64,000 bases of DNA from a bacterium (lineage in GTDB: Bacteria; Actinomycetota; Coriobacteriia; Coriobacteriales; QAMH01): the NCBI GenBank assembly GCA_963642995.1, contig CAVIIZ010000003.1, positions 58,492 to 122,491 of the forward strand, read 5' to 3'. A program made the translations under genes and the position numbers. Numbering within the stretch: position 1 is the first letter of the stretch; each line of letters opens with the position of its first letter. A model generated the notes under the pieces. It was not told where the DNA came from. It saw only the letters and a program-made list of their open reading frames with translations, and did no database searches. Below, one piece after another: positions 8,279 through 17,564 of this stretch.

Positions 8279-9535
8279 CTAGCTTTCCGGCCCGTGCTCC
8301 ACCTGGTACTGGAATCCCGACAGCGACCCTCCGCCGAACACGCGCATGCGCTTCAGGCGCATCGGGTCGTCGCCTGCGTGGACCTGGCCGTAGACGATGG
8401 TGAAGGCCGTCTTCACCCCGTTTGCCGCAAGCGCCGACGCCGCGACGTCGGAAACGTCGCCATAGGGGTAGGCAAACGCCTCGTAGGCGCCGATGGCCTC
8501 GCGCTCCTTGTCGCAGTCGGCTTTCACGTCCTCGGCGGAAAAGTCGTAGATCGCCCCGCCCCGCCCGATGTCTTGCGTGCCGTCCTCGTGCATGGCATAT
8601 GAATGCGACTCGTAGTTCACGTAGGGGCTGGGGTTTTCCCTCACCGTCTGCGCGATGCCGTCGCGGTTGCCGATGATGAAGCCGGTGACGGGCACCCGGT
8701 ATTTCTCCGCCAGGGGCTTCACCACGTCGAAGAAAGTGGAGTCTCCGTCGTCGAAGGTCAGCACGACGCTTTTGGCCGGCAGCGAGTGGGTGCCGGCGAT
8801 GTAGGCGGAAAGCTCCGCGTAGGAGGGGTAGTAGTAGTCCTCCTCGACGAGCCATTGCAGTTGCGATTCGAACATCGAGGCGGGCAGGAGGTTGGCGTCT
8901 GCCTCGTCGGGCGGGTCGGCGTCCGGGTAGACGTAGTGGTACATCATCACCGAGATGCCGTCGCCGTCCCATTCGGCGCCCTCGACCACTTTCACCTTGC
9001 GCGTGGCCGTCTGGACCATGCCCTCGGCGTTTTTCGCCGTGTAGACCACCTCGTAGTCGCCGGGCGTCGAGGTGTCGGGGGTGCCCGAGGCTTGCACGCC
9101 GTCCGAGATGTCGCCTTCCTCTGCGTCGCGCGCGTCGCATCCGCCCTCGACGTAGGGCTCGCCCAGGCGCACGATGGTCTCCGCGTCGCCGTGGACGGTC
9201 ATGACGATGCGGCCTTCCGGGGCCGTGGACGCGGGCGTCTGCGCCGCGCCGCCCGCCGTGCCCGCCGTCTCGGCCGTCCCGAGGGATTTCAGCGCGATGA
9301 AGGCGGCCAGCGCCGCGAAAACGACGACGAGCGCCGCGGCGAGCGCGAAAGGCCACCTGCGCCGCCGCGCCGCGTAGGATTCCCTTCGGTAGTCTGCCGC
9401 CGAGCGGCGCTGCTGCATCTGCCGGCCGCGGCGGTCTTCCATGTCGCGCCCGCCCTCGCGTCCGTCCATGCGCCCTCCGTCTCCGCGGCCTTCGCAGCGC
9501 GTTCGTCCCGCTTTTCGCCGCCCTGTTTTCCTCAT
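8279..9535 (-). CDS. Membrane-anchored polysaccharide deacetylase (NodB family) with an Ig-like (DUF5011-type) domain
   Basis: LTFDDGD, NYESHSYAMH motifs. TM segment WPFALAAALVVVFAALAAFIAL. Ig-like segment GDYEVVYTAKNAEG. The start is ambiguous (ATG 9535, 9469 or 9442); 9535 lies 11 nt after a TATACT -10. Confidence 0.85.
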   Translation of the reverse strand: MRKTGRRKAGRTRCEGRGDGGRMDGREGGRDMEDRRGRQMQQRRSAADYRRESYAARRRRWPFALAAALVVVFAALAAFIALKSLGTAETAGTAGGAAQTPASTAPEGRIVMTVHGDAETIVRLGEPYVEGGCDARDAEEGDISDGVQASGTPDTSTPGDYEVVYTAKNAEGMVQTATRKVKVVEGAEWDGDGISVMMYHYVYPDADPPDEADANLLPASMFESQLQWLVEEDYYYPSYAELSAYIAGTHSLPAKSVVLTFDDGDSTFFDVVKPLAEKYRVPVTGFIIGNRDGIAQTVRENPSPYVNYESHSYAMHEDGTQDIGRGGAIYDFSAEDVKADCDKEREAIGAYEAFAYPYGDVSDVAASALAANGVKTAFTIVYGQVHAGDDPMRLKRMRVFGGGSLSGFQYQVEHGPES

Positions 9536-9546
9536 CGAGGGCGTGC

Positions 9547-9591
9547 AGTATAGCAACAGTCGCTTTTTCTCCCCCCTCTTTTTGCTATAGT
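9547..9591. promoter_or_regulatory. Divergent pair of extended -10 promoters forming an inverted repeat (TATAGCAA ... TTGCTATA)
   Basis: TGCTATACT on the minus strand (9547-9555) faces the deacetylase gene. TGCTATAGT on the plus strand (9583-9591) faces the VanW gene. Confidence 0.45.
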
Positions 9592-9638
9592 GCGTGAGTT
9601 ATTTTGACGCCTACAAAGAGGAACGTCCCGAAAGTCCC

Positions 9639-12005
9639 ATGCCCACACGCAGGATGAACAGCGACAAGAGCAAAAACGCCTCGCGCGCGTCCGCTCCGCG
9701 CCAAAGCGCGCGTTTGCGCACGGGCGCGTCTTCGCCGCGCGCCGCCCGGCCCGCGCCCGCCTCGCGTCAGCGCAGCGCCTCGGAAACGGGGCGCCAGTCC
9801 CGCGTGCCAAGCCGCCGCAACGCAACGGCAAGCCGGCCTCGCAACGCGTCCGGCCGCCTCGACCCGCGCCCCGCCCGGCCCGCGTCCGCCTCGCGCATGT
9901 CCGCGGGCACGCGCACCGCCCCGTCTTGCGGCGCGAGCTCCCGCAGCCGGCGTCCGGGCGGTTCGCGTTTCATCCGCCTCGCCAACGCCCACCCGCGCAT
10001 CGTCTGGCCCCTCGCCGCCATCGTGGCGGTCCTCTTGGCCATCGTGGTCGTCGACTTGGCCGTCTCGATGGGCAAGGTGCACCCCGGGGTGAAGGTCCAG
10101 GGCGTCGACGTGGGCGGCCTCACGCGCGACGAGGCGGTCTCGCGCATAGAAGAGCAGCTCAAGCCGCGCCTGAACGAGACGACGATAGCGCTTTACAAAG
10201 ACGAGGCGACGGCGAGAAACGACGGCGCCCAGCTGGCCGGCGCCGTCTCGAACGGCGCGCACGCGGCCTCTGCGGCCGAGTCCGGCGAAGACGTCACCTC
10301 CGAGCAAGGCGCCCGGGAGACCACCGGCGTGGACAGCGACGGCGACGGCACCGACGACCGCTGGAACGTCACGGCCTCCACCGTCGGCGCGGCGTTGGAC
10401 TCCCAAAAGCTCGCCGACGAGGCCTTCGCGCAAGGGCGCAGCTGGCCGTTTTTCACCGAGCGCATCGACGCCGCGATGGGCAAGACCGACATCCCCGCCT
10501 CCATCACCTGCAACTCCGACCTGCTCTCGGACCTGTGCACGGAGATGAACTCCGCCATCGGCACCGAGATCGTCGACTACACGGTGAACGTCGAAGACGG
10601 CAAGGCCTCCATATCCGAAGGGCACGACGGCCGCTCTGTGGACGAGGGCGCCCTGACGAAGAACATGTGCGCCGCCTTCTTCGACGCCGCCGCGCCCGCG
10701 ACGACCATCCCCATGCAGACCTCTGCCGTGCACATCACGCGCGCGACGGCCGAGAAGGTGCTCGCGCAGGTGCAAGACGCGCTCTCGCAGCCCTTCACCG
10801 TCTCCTACAACGACAAGTCCTGGACCTTGGACGCCGCCACGATAGGCTCGCTCGTGGGCCAGCGGGTGCTCTCGCCTGCCGAGGTGCTCGTCTTCGAGGA
10901 GAACACCCAAAAGGTCAAGCAGGTGGCAGACGGCGCCCGGGCCAGCTACGACACGAGCACCGGCACGGACGCGAGCGGGTATGTCTTGCAGGCCTACATC
11001 GACCAGGACAAGGCGGATGCGCACATAGTCGGCCTTTTGGGCGACGAGGCCGAAGGCGACATGAGCAACGCGAGCTTCGACACGAGCAGCGGCACGCCCC
11101 GGATCGTGGAAAGCCACGTGGGCACAGGGCCTGACCACCACAGCGCCGCCCGCGCCATGCAAGACGACCTGTTCGGCGGTGGCGCGCAGCGCAGCGTGCA
11201 GATCCAGGAGGTGGTCATCCAGCCCGAGATCAGCACCGAAGACGCGCAGAAGATGGGCATAACCGAGCGCCTCTCGTCGTGGTCGATCCCCGTGTCGGGC
11301 ACGGCCGCGCGCGTGAGCAACATCAACCTCTTGTGCGACCTCATCGACGGCTCGCTCGTGAAGCCGGGCGCCACCTGGTCGTTCAACGCGACGACAGGCG
11401 AGCGCACCGAGGCAAAGGGCTTCCAGAAGGCGCCCGTCATAGTGAACGGCGCCCATGAAGACCAGCTGGGCGGCGGCGTGTGCCAGGTGGCCACCTGCGT
11501 CTACAACGCGGCGTGCTACGCGGGCCTGGGCATAGAGAGCCGCGTGAACCACTCCTTCTACATCTCCACCTACGACGACGAGGGCTTTGCCGACGCGACC
11601 GTCTCGTGGCCGCAGCCGGATTTCGCCTTCGTGAACGACATGGACAACTGGGTCTTGCTCACGGCCAGCGCCGCTTCCGGCTCGGTGCGCGTCTCCTTGT
11701 GGGGCACGAAGGACGGGCGGACCGTCACCTGCGAGCGCGGCGAATGGCAAGACGGCGAGAAGTACCAAAAGATTCGCCAGGAGGACCCGACGCTGGCCGC
11801 CGGCGTGACGGAGCAGACGCAAAGCGGCGTGGACGGCCGCAAGATAAAGATCCACTACCTGGTGAAGTCGGCGAGCGGCGAGACGTTGCACGACATCACG
11901 TTCAACTCCGAGTACGTCCCGCAAAACGAGATCACGAAGGTGGGCACGAGCACGGACGCGAACGCGGCGAAAAGCGTCGCGGAGGCGAAATCGCGCAGCT
12001 CCTGA
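9639..12005 (+). CDS. VanW-family protein with a C-terminal G5 domain, N-terminal TM anchor
   Basis: GGGVCQVATCVYNAACYAGL VanW core. G5-like C-terminus (TEQTQSGVDGRKIKIHY...ITKVGT). TM segment IVWPLAAIVAVLLAIVVV. The GTG at 9594 probably lies upstream of the TSS, so ATG 9639 was chosen. Confidence 0.85.
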   Translation: MPTRRMNSDKSKNASRASAPRQSARLRTGASSPRAARPAPASRQRSASETGRQSRVPSRRNATASRPRNASGRLDPRPARPASASRMSAGTRTAPSCGASSRSRRPGGSRFIRLANAHPRIVWPLAAIVAVLLAIVVVDLAVSMGKVHPGVKVQGVDVGGLTRDEAVSRIEEQLKPRLNETTIALYKDEATARNDGAQLAGAVSNGAHAASAAESGEDVTSEQGARETTGVDSDGDGTDDRWNVTASTVGAALDSQKLADEAFAQGRSWPFFTERIDAAMGKTDIPASITCNSDLLSDLCTEMNSAIGTEIVDYTVNVEDGKASISEGHDGRSVDEGALTKNMCAAFFDAAAPATTIPMQTSAVHITRATAEKVLAQVQDALSQPFTVSYNDKSWTLDAATIGSLVGQRVLSPAEVLVFEENTQKVKQVADGARASYDTSTGTDASGYVLQAYIDQDKADAHIVGLLGDEAEGDMSNASFDTSSGTPRIVESHVGTGPDHHSAARAMQDDLFGGGAQRSVQIQEVVIQPEISTEDAQKMGITERLSSWSIPVSGTAARVSNINLLCDLIDGSLVKPGATWSFNATTGERTEAKGFQKAPVIVNGAHEDQLGGGVCQVATCVYNAACYAGLGIESRVNHSFYISTYDDEGFADATVSWPQPDFAFVNDMDNWVLLTASAASGSVRVSLWGTKDGRTVTCERGEWQDGEKYQKIRQEDPTLAAGVTEQTQSGVDGRKIKIHYLVKSASGETLHDITFNSEYVPQNEITKVGTSTDANAAKSVAEAKSRSS

Positions 12006-12128
12006 GGCACGCGTTCGCGCACGGAGCCGTCCCGGCGGATCCGCGCGCCCTTGCGCTGCATGCACACGGCCCCGCATGGTTTGCATGCGGGTTGCCACCC
12101 CGAGAGGACACGGAAAACGGAGGCACAC

Positions 12129-13430
12129 ATGGCGTTTCAAGACGAGATATGCCGCATGGACGAAGGCGAGCTCGCCGCTTTGCAGCTCTACCGGCTGAAG
12201 CGCACCCTGCGCGTCTGCTACGAGAAGATCCCCTTCTACCGCAAGGCCTTCGACGAAGCCGGTTTCGCGCCGGGCGATCTGAAGAGCCTCGACGACCTGC
12301 GCGCCGTGCCCTTCACCACCAAGCAAGACATGCGCGACGCGTTCCCCTACGGGCTCTTTGCCGTCGAGCCTGCCAAGGTGAAGGAGATCCACATGTCCTC
12401 CGGCACCACCGGCGTGGCAACGGTCTCGGGATACACCGATCACGACCTGCGCATATGGGGCGATTGCTTCGGGCGCGGCATCGACTACGCGGGCGGCACG
12501 GCAGACGACGTGCTCCACGTGTGCTACGGGTACGGCCTGTTCACCGGCGGCCTGGGCGCCCACTACGGCGCGCTTGCCACCGGCGCGACCGTCATCCCCA
12601 TGTCGGCCGGCAACACGAAGCGCCAGATATCGGTGCTGCGCAACATGGGCAGCACCATCATCGCGTGCACCCCGAGCTATGCCATGCACATCGCCGACAC
12701 GGCCATCGAGATGGGGTTGGACCCCACGGTGGACTTCCCGAAGCTGCGCGCGGGCATACACGGCGCCGAGGCGTTCTCGGACAGCTTCCGCGCGAATTTG
12801 GAGGAAAAGCTCGGCATAAAGGTCTACGACGTCTACGGCCTGACCGAGACCATGGGGCCGGGCGTGGCCATGGAATGCGCCTGCCAAAACGGCCTGCATG
12901 TGGCCGAGGACCACTTCTACGCCGAGATCCTCGACCCCAAGACGCACGAGCCCGTGCCGGATGGGGAGTGGGGCGAGCTGGTCTTGACGACGCTGGACAA
13001 GGAGGCCTCGCCGGTGGTGCGCTACCGCACGCGCGACATCACCCGCATCATGCCGGGCGCCTGCGCATGCGGGCGCACCCACCGCAGGATCGACCGGCTG
13101 CACGGACGCACCGACGACATGATGATCATCCGCGGGGTGAACGTCTTCCCCAGCCAGATCGAAGACATCGCCTCGGGTTTCGCCGAGATAGCCGATTGGT
13201 ACCAGATCGAGCTCACGCGCGAGAAGGGCATGGACGTCGCCACGATGAAGGTCGAGACGGCGCCGGGTTTCCCCATCGACGAGGTGCGCCGCATCGAGGG
13301 GCTGCAGGCGGCTTTGCGCGACGCGTTGAAGGCAGAGCTCAACATCCAGATACGGGTGAAGATCGTGGAGCCGCACAGCATCGCGCGCTCCGAGGGCAAG
13401 GCCGTGCGCATCGTGGACATGCGCGAATAG
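12129..13430 (+). CDS. paaK: Phenylacetate-CoA ligase family protein
   Basis: ATG preceded by GGAGG. N-terminus QLYRLKRTLRVCYEKIPFYRKAFDEAG, SSGTTG AMP-binding motif, IIRGVNVFPSQIE. Confidence 0.9.
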   Translation: MAFQDEICRMDEGELAALQLYRLKRTLRVCYEKIPFYRKAFDEAGFAPGDLKSLDDLRAVPFTTKQDMRDAFPYGLFAVEPAKVKEIHMSSGTTGVATVSGYTDHDLRIWGDCFGRGIDYAGGTADDVLHVCYGYGLFTGGLGAHYGALATGATVIPMSAGNTKRQISVLRNMGSTIIACTPSYAMHIADTAIEMGLDPTVDFPKLRAGIHGAEAFSDSFRANLEEKLGIKVYDVYGLTETMGPGVAMECACQNGLHVAEDHFYAEILDPKTHEPVPDGEWGELVLTTLDKEASPVVRYRTRDITRIMPGACACGRTHRRIDRLHGRTDDMMIIRGVNVFPSQIEDIASGFAEIADWYQIELTREKGMDVATMKVETAPGFPIDEVRRIEGLQAALRDALKAELNIQIRVKIVEPHSIARSEGKAVRIVDMRE

Positions 13431-13536
13431 GCGGCCGTGCAGGACGGGTGAAAGGGCGCGCGCGGCGCGCAGGCGAAAGGCAAGCAAGCGGCGGGCAAGC
13501 GCACGGGCGTGCGCGAGAAGCGAGGAGGATGCGACG

Positions 13537-13953
13537 ATGATCGAGCAGTTGACCGTCTTCATCGAAAACGAGACGGGGCGCCTGACCGCGCTCACGCGGG
13601 CGCTTGGAGACGCGCAGGTGAACATGCGCGCGCTGGTGGTGGCCGACACGAGCGAGTACGGCGTCGTGCGCATCATCTGCGACGACCCGAAACGCGGCAA
13701 GGACGCCTTGTCCGAGGCGGGGTTTCGGGCGAGTTGCGCCGAGGTGGTGGCCGTCGAGGTGCCCGATCGCGCGGGAGGGCTGGCGCAGGTGCTGGCCGCG
13801 CTCGACGACGCGCGGATAGGCGTCGAGTACGGGTACTGCTTCACGGGCGCGCAAGGCGCGGCGCTCGTGGCATTGAAGGCGGCGCCCGAGGCCCAAGACG
13901 CGCTTTCGGGCGCGGGGTTTGCCGTGCTGTCCCAAGAGGAGCTTTCCCGATGA
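13537..13953 (+). CDS. ACT domain-containing (amino-acid-binding) protein
   Basis: Two ACT-like halves (LTVFIENETGRL..., VVAVEVPDRAGGLAQV...). This is a typical PaaK neighbour. Confidence 0.8.
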   Translation: MIEQLTVFIENETGRLTALTRALGDAQVNMRALVVADTSEYGVVRIICDDPKRGKDALSEAGFRASCAEVVAVEVPDRAGGLAQVLAALDDARIGVEYGYCFTGAQGAALVALKAAPEAQDALSGAGFAVLSQEELSR

Positions 13954-15368
13954 AAGCCGCGGCGCCTGCAAGGCCCGGCCGCCCGGCCCGCGCGGCCTGC
14001 GCACGCGCCGGGCGGCGCTTTTGCGGTGCGCGGCGCCTTCTCGCCGGCGCCGTTTCGGCCGCGGCCCTCTCGTGCGCGCTCGGGGTTTTCGCTTCCTGCC
14101 TTTGCGCGGCGCCCGCGCATGCCGACATATTCGGCTCGGACCTCATAGGCTCCACGAGCGTCTCGGACCGCAGCCTCACGGTCTCGGAGGTGCCCACGCT
14201 CGACTGCACCTACGGCATCCTGTGCGACGCCGACGGCAACGTCTTGTGGTCGCGCTCCAGCTCGAGCAAGACGGCGATGGCCTCGATCACCAAGGTGATG
14301 ACGGCCGTCGTGGCCTTGGAGAGCACGAGCGCGGACGCGCGCTTCACCGTCTCGCACGCGGCTGCGACGGTGGGGGAGTCGTCTGCCGGGCTGGTGGAGG
14401 GCTCGTCGATGAGCCTCGAGGACCTCTTGAAGGCCTTGCTCGTGCACTCCGGCAACGACGCCGGCGTGACCATCGCGGAAGGCGTCGCGGGCAGCATGGA
14501 CGCCTTCGTCGCCCGGATGAACGAGAAGGCCGCGCAGCTGGGCTTGAAGAACACGCACTACACGAACGCGCACGGCCTCGACAACGCCGAGCACTACTCG
14601 ACGGCCGAGGACATCTGCGTGCTGTCGCGCTACGCGATGAGAAACGAGACCTTCCGCTCCATCGTGCGCGAGCCGTCTGTGCGCGTCGTCTCCGGCGGCA
14701 AGGACATGACCTACCCGTCCTCGAACGTGCTCGTGCAGGAATGGGACGAGTGCGTGGGCGTGAAGACCGGCTACACGAACAACGCGGGCTTTTGCCTGGC
14801 CTCGGCCGCCTCCAGGGACGGCCGGGAGCTCTACGCCGTCGTCTTGGGCTGCTCGAACGCGGCCACCCGCTTCACCGACTCGTACAAGATACTCACCTGG
14901 GGCTTCGACCACTACCGCAGCGTGCAGCTGGCCTCGGCCTCGGACGTGCTCGTCGACGCGCCCGTGAGCGCCTACCTCGACCGCACGGTGAAAGCCGGCG
15001 TCGCCGAGGACACGAGCGCGCAGATCCTCGACTACAACGGCGACGTCTCGGTGGACATGCACCTGCGCGACCTGCCCGACGGGGTGGACGCCGGCGAGGA
15101 GGTGGGCACCGTCACCTGGCGGCAAGGCGAGTTCGTGGTGTGCTCGGCGCCGCTCGTGGCAAAGGAGAGCGTGGGCAGCCCGCTGGCGCCGCAGGCCGTG
15201 CTCACGGCCGCCATGCGCCTCGTGGGGGTTTTCACGGGCGACGACTGCGTGGCCCAAAGCGTCGCGCACGCGAGCGCGCTGCCCGTGGAGCGCGCCGAGA
15301 ACCTGACCGGCCGCATCGACTCCAGGCTCGAGACCGACGTCACGCGGCTGGCCTTCGAGCAGGCCTGA
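13950..15368 (+). CDS. D-alanyl-D-alanine carboxypeptidase (serine-type, PBP5/S11 family)
   Basis: ATG overlaps the ACT gene stop (ATGA). SITK (SxxK), SGND (SxN) and KTGYT (KTG) motifs, signal-peptide-like N-terminus. Confidence 0.9.
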   Translation: MKAAAPARPGRPARAACARAGRRFCGARRLLAGAVSAAALSCALGVFASCLCAAPAHADIFGSDLIGSTSVSDRSLTVSEVPTLDCTYGILCDADGNVLWSRSSSSKTAMASITKVMTAVVALESTSADARFTVSHAAATVGESSAGLVEGSSMSLEDLLKALLVHSGNDAGVTIAEGVAGSMDAFVARMNEKAAQLGLKNTHYTNAHGLDNAEHYSTAEDICVLSRYAMRNETFRSIVREPSVRVVSGGKDMTYPSSNVLVQEWDECVGVKTGYTNNAGFCLASAASRDGRELYAVVLGCSNAATRFTDSYKILTWGFDHYRSVQLASASDVLVDAPVSAYLDRTVKAGVAEDTSAQILDYNGDVSVDMHLRDLPDGVDAGEEVGTVTWRQGEFVVCSAPLVAKESVGSPLAPQAVLTAAMRLVGVFTGDDCVAQSVAHASALPVERAENLTGRIDSRLETDVTRLAFEQA

Positions 15369-15428
15369 GGATTTCGCGGGCTTTCCCCTCGTGCGTGAGC
15401 GCGATTTCGCCTCCGCATGCGCCTTACG

Positions 15429-15437
15429 TGCTAGAAT
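15429..15437 (+). promoter_or_regulatory. Extended -10 promoter (TGCTAGAAT) for the FHA / NlpC-P60 unit
   Basis: Lies in the 113-nt gap between dac and the FHA gene, 45 nt upstream of the ATG at 15482. Confidence 0.45.
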
Positions 15438-15481
15438 CGACGGCTACGATAGATTCCGGCCACGGGAAAGGCGGACGCCAG

Positions 15482-15955
15482 ATGGACGACAGCACGGCCA
15501 CATGCCCCATATGCGGCGAGTCCCTGCAGCCCCAGGCGGGCGAGTGCCCGCGCTGCGGCTTCAAGCTCGTGGGGAAGACCCAGGCCTTCGCCCCGGTGGA
15601 CGCGCATGGCGCCGCCGCCGTCTCGCAGCAGGCCGAGCCCGACACGGTGCCGGCGCTGGAGGTGCTGAAAGGCCCGTATGCCGGCGAGAGCTTCCGCATG
15701 GGCCTCGGCGATTTCACCATCGGACGCGACCCGTCTTGCGACCTCTTCCTCTCGAACATGACCGTCTCGCGCCATCACGCGACCATCCACGTCGACGCTT
15801 CCGGCGCGACCATCTCCGACGAGGGGTCGCTCAACGGCACCTGGGTGGACGGCAAGGTGGTCGAGCGCGCGCCGCTCGTACCCGGCACGAACGTGCAGAT
15901 AGGCACTTTCGACATGGTCTACGTGCACGCCCCCTCTCCGCGAAAGGGGGCCTGA
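15482..15955 (+). CDS. Zinc-ribbon + FHA domain protein
   Basis: N-terminal CPICG...CPRCG. C-terminal FHA (FTIGRDPSCDLFLSNMTVSRHHATI...SLNGTWVDG). It is the last 157 codons of track ORF 13919..15955. Confidence 0.88.
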   Translation: MDDSTATCPICGESLQPQAGECPRCGFKLVGKTQAFAPVDAHGAAAVSQQAEPDTVPALEVLKGPYAGESFRMGLGDFTIGRDPSCDLFLSNMTVSRHHATIHVDASGATISDEGSLNGTWVDGKVVERAPLVPGTNVQIGTFDMVYVHAPSPRKGA

Positions 15956-15966
15956 GCGAAGCGCCG

Positions 15967-17388
15967 ATGCGGTTGCCTTGCGCACATAGGGCGGCGGGGG
16001 GAAAGGGCGTGCGCGCCCGTTTCCGCGCGGCGTTTCGCGTGGGTCTCGCGCTCGTCTTGGCCTGCGCGTTCTCGCTGCCGCCGGTTGCCGCCCACGCCGC
16101 AAAGGACAGCTCGTCTGCCACGGCGGCGCAAAAGGAAGGCTCCGCGGGCTCGGCGAAGGACCCCACGGCCAAAAAGGGCGGCGCGGATTCCCCGGCGTCT
16201 GATCCGGCGTCTGAAACGGAGGGAGAAGGCGCGACGGGCGGCGCCGAGGAGGCGGGAGACGCGCGGCAATCCCCGGATGCGGCCGGTGCGGACGGCGCGC
16301 AGCCCGAGGCGCAGGAAAGCGTGCAAGAACAGCTCTCCGACGACATGCCCGCCGAGGAGCGCGAGGCCAAGCTCAAGGCGGAGGCCGAGAGCCTGAAGGG
16401 CAAGGCCGACCAGGCCGCGTCGCGCCTGACCGAGCTGGCGGGCAGCTTGGAGACTTCCTACGAGGACCTCAACCAGGTGAACCGCGACCTTGCCGACACT
16501 CAAAACGAGATCGCGGCCCTGGAGCAAAAGCTCGACGAGACCAAAAAGCGCCTCGACGAGGCGAAGACCGCGCTGGGCGCCACGGCAAAGGAGATGTATC
16601 GCACGGGCGGAGAGAGCAGCTTCATCTCCGTGCTGCTGGGCTCGACGGACTTCGACGCCTTCGTCTCGAACGCCTTCTTGCTGGGCAAGGTGGCAAGCGG
16701 CTGGGAGAGCGTCATCAACGAGGCCGGCGAGCTGTCGCGCGCCTACGCCAACCAGAAAAACCTGCTGTCCACGGCGCAGAAAAAGCAAAGCGCCCTGCAG
16801 CTGGAGGCCACGAAGAAAGGCGTCGCCGTCGCGTTGGCCATGTCGGACCAGTCGACGCTGCTGGAAAACCTCGACTCGTCCACGCTGGAGAAGGCCCGCG
16901 AGCTCGACGGGGTCACGGGTGGCAACTACGCGGCCTCCGTCGGCACGCACACGGGCGCCATCTCGGACGCCTTGTCGGCAAGCGAGAGCTGGTACAGCAA
17001 CGCGGGCGACTCCACCAGCAGGGAGGGGTCGCACCCGGCCGCCGTCGAGATAGCGCGCCGGTATCTGGGCGTGCCCTATGTGTGGGCCGGCGCCTCGCCC
17101 TCCGGCGGCTTTGACTGCTCGGGGCTGGTGCTCTACGTCTACGCGCAGCTCGGCATCGACTTGCCGCATTTCGCCCGCTCCCAATACGAGTGCGGCCAGC
17201 ACATCGCCTACAGCGCCCTCATGCCGGGCGACCTCGTGTTTTTCGGCAGCAGCGTCGAGACCATCCACCATGTGGGCATCTACATCGGCGACGGCCAGTT
17301 CATCCACGCGCCGCAGACCGGCGACGTGGTGAAGATCTCGAACCTCTCGGCCAGAAGCGACCTCATAGGCGCGTGCCGCCCGTTCTAG
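15967..17388 (+). CDS. Secreted coiled-coil NlpC/P60 peptidoglycan endopeptidase (CwlO/RipA/PcsB-like architecture)
   Basis: Signal-peptide-like N-terminus, long coiled coil (LNQVNRDLADTQNEIAALEQKLDETKKRLDEAK), C-terminal NlpC/P60 domain (YVWAGASPSGGFDCSGLV...HHVGIYIGDG). Confidence 0.9.
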   Translation: MRLPCAHRAAGGKGVRARFRAAFRVGLALVLACAFSLPPVAAHAAKDSSSATAAQKEGSAGSAKDPTAKKGGADSPASDPASETEGEGATGGAEEAGDARQSPDAAGADGAQPEAQESVQEQLSDDMPAEEREAKLKAEAESLKGKADQAASRLTELAGSLETSYEDLNQVNRDLADTQNEIAALEQKLDETKKRLDEAKTALGATAKEMYRTGGESSFISVLLGSTDFDAFVSNAFLLGKVASGWESVINEAGELSRAYANQKNLLSTAQKKQSALQLEATKKGVAVALAMSDQSTLLENLDSSTLEKARELDGVTGGNYAASVGTHTGAISDALSASESWYSNAGDSTSREGSHPAAVEIARRYLGVPYVWAGASPSGGFDCSGLVLYVYAQLGIDLPHFARSQYECGQHIAYSALMPGDLVFFGSSVETIHHVGIYIGDGQFIHAPQTGDVVKISNLSARSDLIGACRPF

Positions 17389-17477
17389 GGCCTGCGCCGC
17401 GCCCGCCGTCCGGCTCCCGCGTCCTTTCGCCGCTCCTTGCACCTGCCCTCTTTCGCGCCGCCCGCCTTTCGCGCCCC

Positions 17478-17506
17478 TTGCAAAAACCCGGCTTTGCGCC
17501 TAGGGT
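17478..17506 (+). promoter_or_regulatory. Putative promoter TTGCAA - 17 nt - TAGGGT for the second NlpC/P60 gene
   Basis: Hexamers at 17478-17483 and 17501-17506 in the 176-nt intergenic gap. Confidence 0.45.
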
Positions 17507-17512
17507 GGAGGA

Positions 17513-17535
17513 CATGCGAAAATGATTTTCACATG
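17513..17535. promoter_or_regulatory. 23-bp near-perfect palindrome CATGCGAAAAT-G-ATTTTCACATG (Zur/Fur-family-like operator)
   Basis: 11-1-11 inverted repeat with one mismatch. The core CGAAAATGATTTTCA matches 14 of 15 positions of the actinobacterial Zur box TGAAAATNATTTTCA as I recall it. It lies just downstream of the putative -10 and 30 nt before the ATG at 17565. Confidence 0.5.
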
Positions 17536-17564
17536 CAGTGCGCCCATGTCACGGAGGCGACGAG

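Noticed and set aside
9585-15269. 1894-aa minus-strand ORF spanning the VanW, paaK, ACT and dac loci. Similar giants occur at 41264..45334 (-), 49595..53125 (-), 57073..61587 (+), 20432..22453 (-) and 28320..30284 (-).
   Set aside because: They run antisense to genes with clear conserved motifs (valS, dnaE, helD/icd, iorA, gpmI). The translations are Arg/Ala/Gly/Pro/His-rich with no recognisable domains. Long stop-free antisense frames are expected at this GC content.
17389-17564. c-di-AMP (ydaO-type) riboswitch, which often precedes NlpC/P60 and Rpf genes in Actinobacteria.
   Set aside because: The gap is only 176 nt including the promoter. I could not find the conserved ACGGGGA/GGUGA/CCGA-type cores or the pseudo-twofold architecture. 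The palindrome there looks like a protein operator instead.
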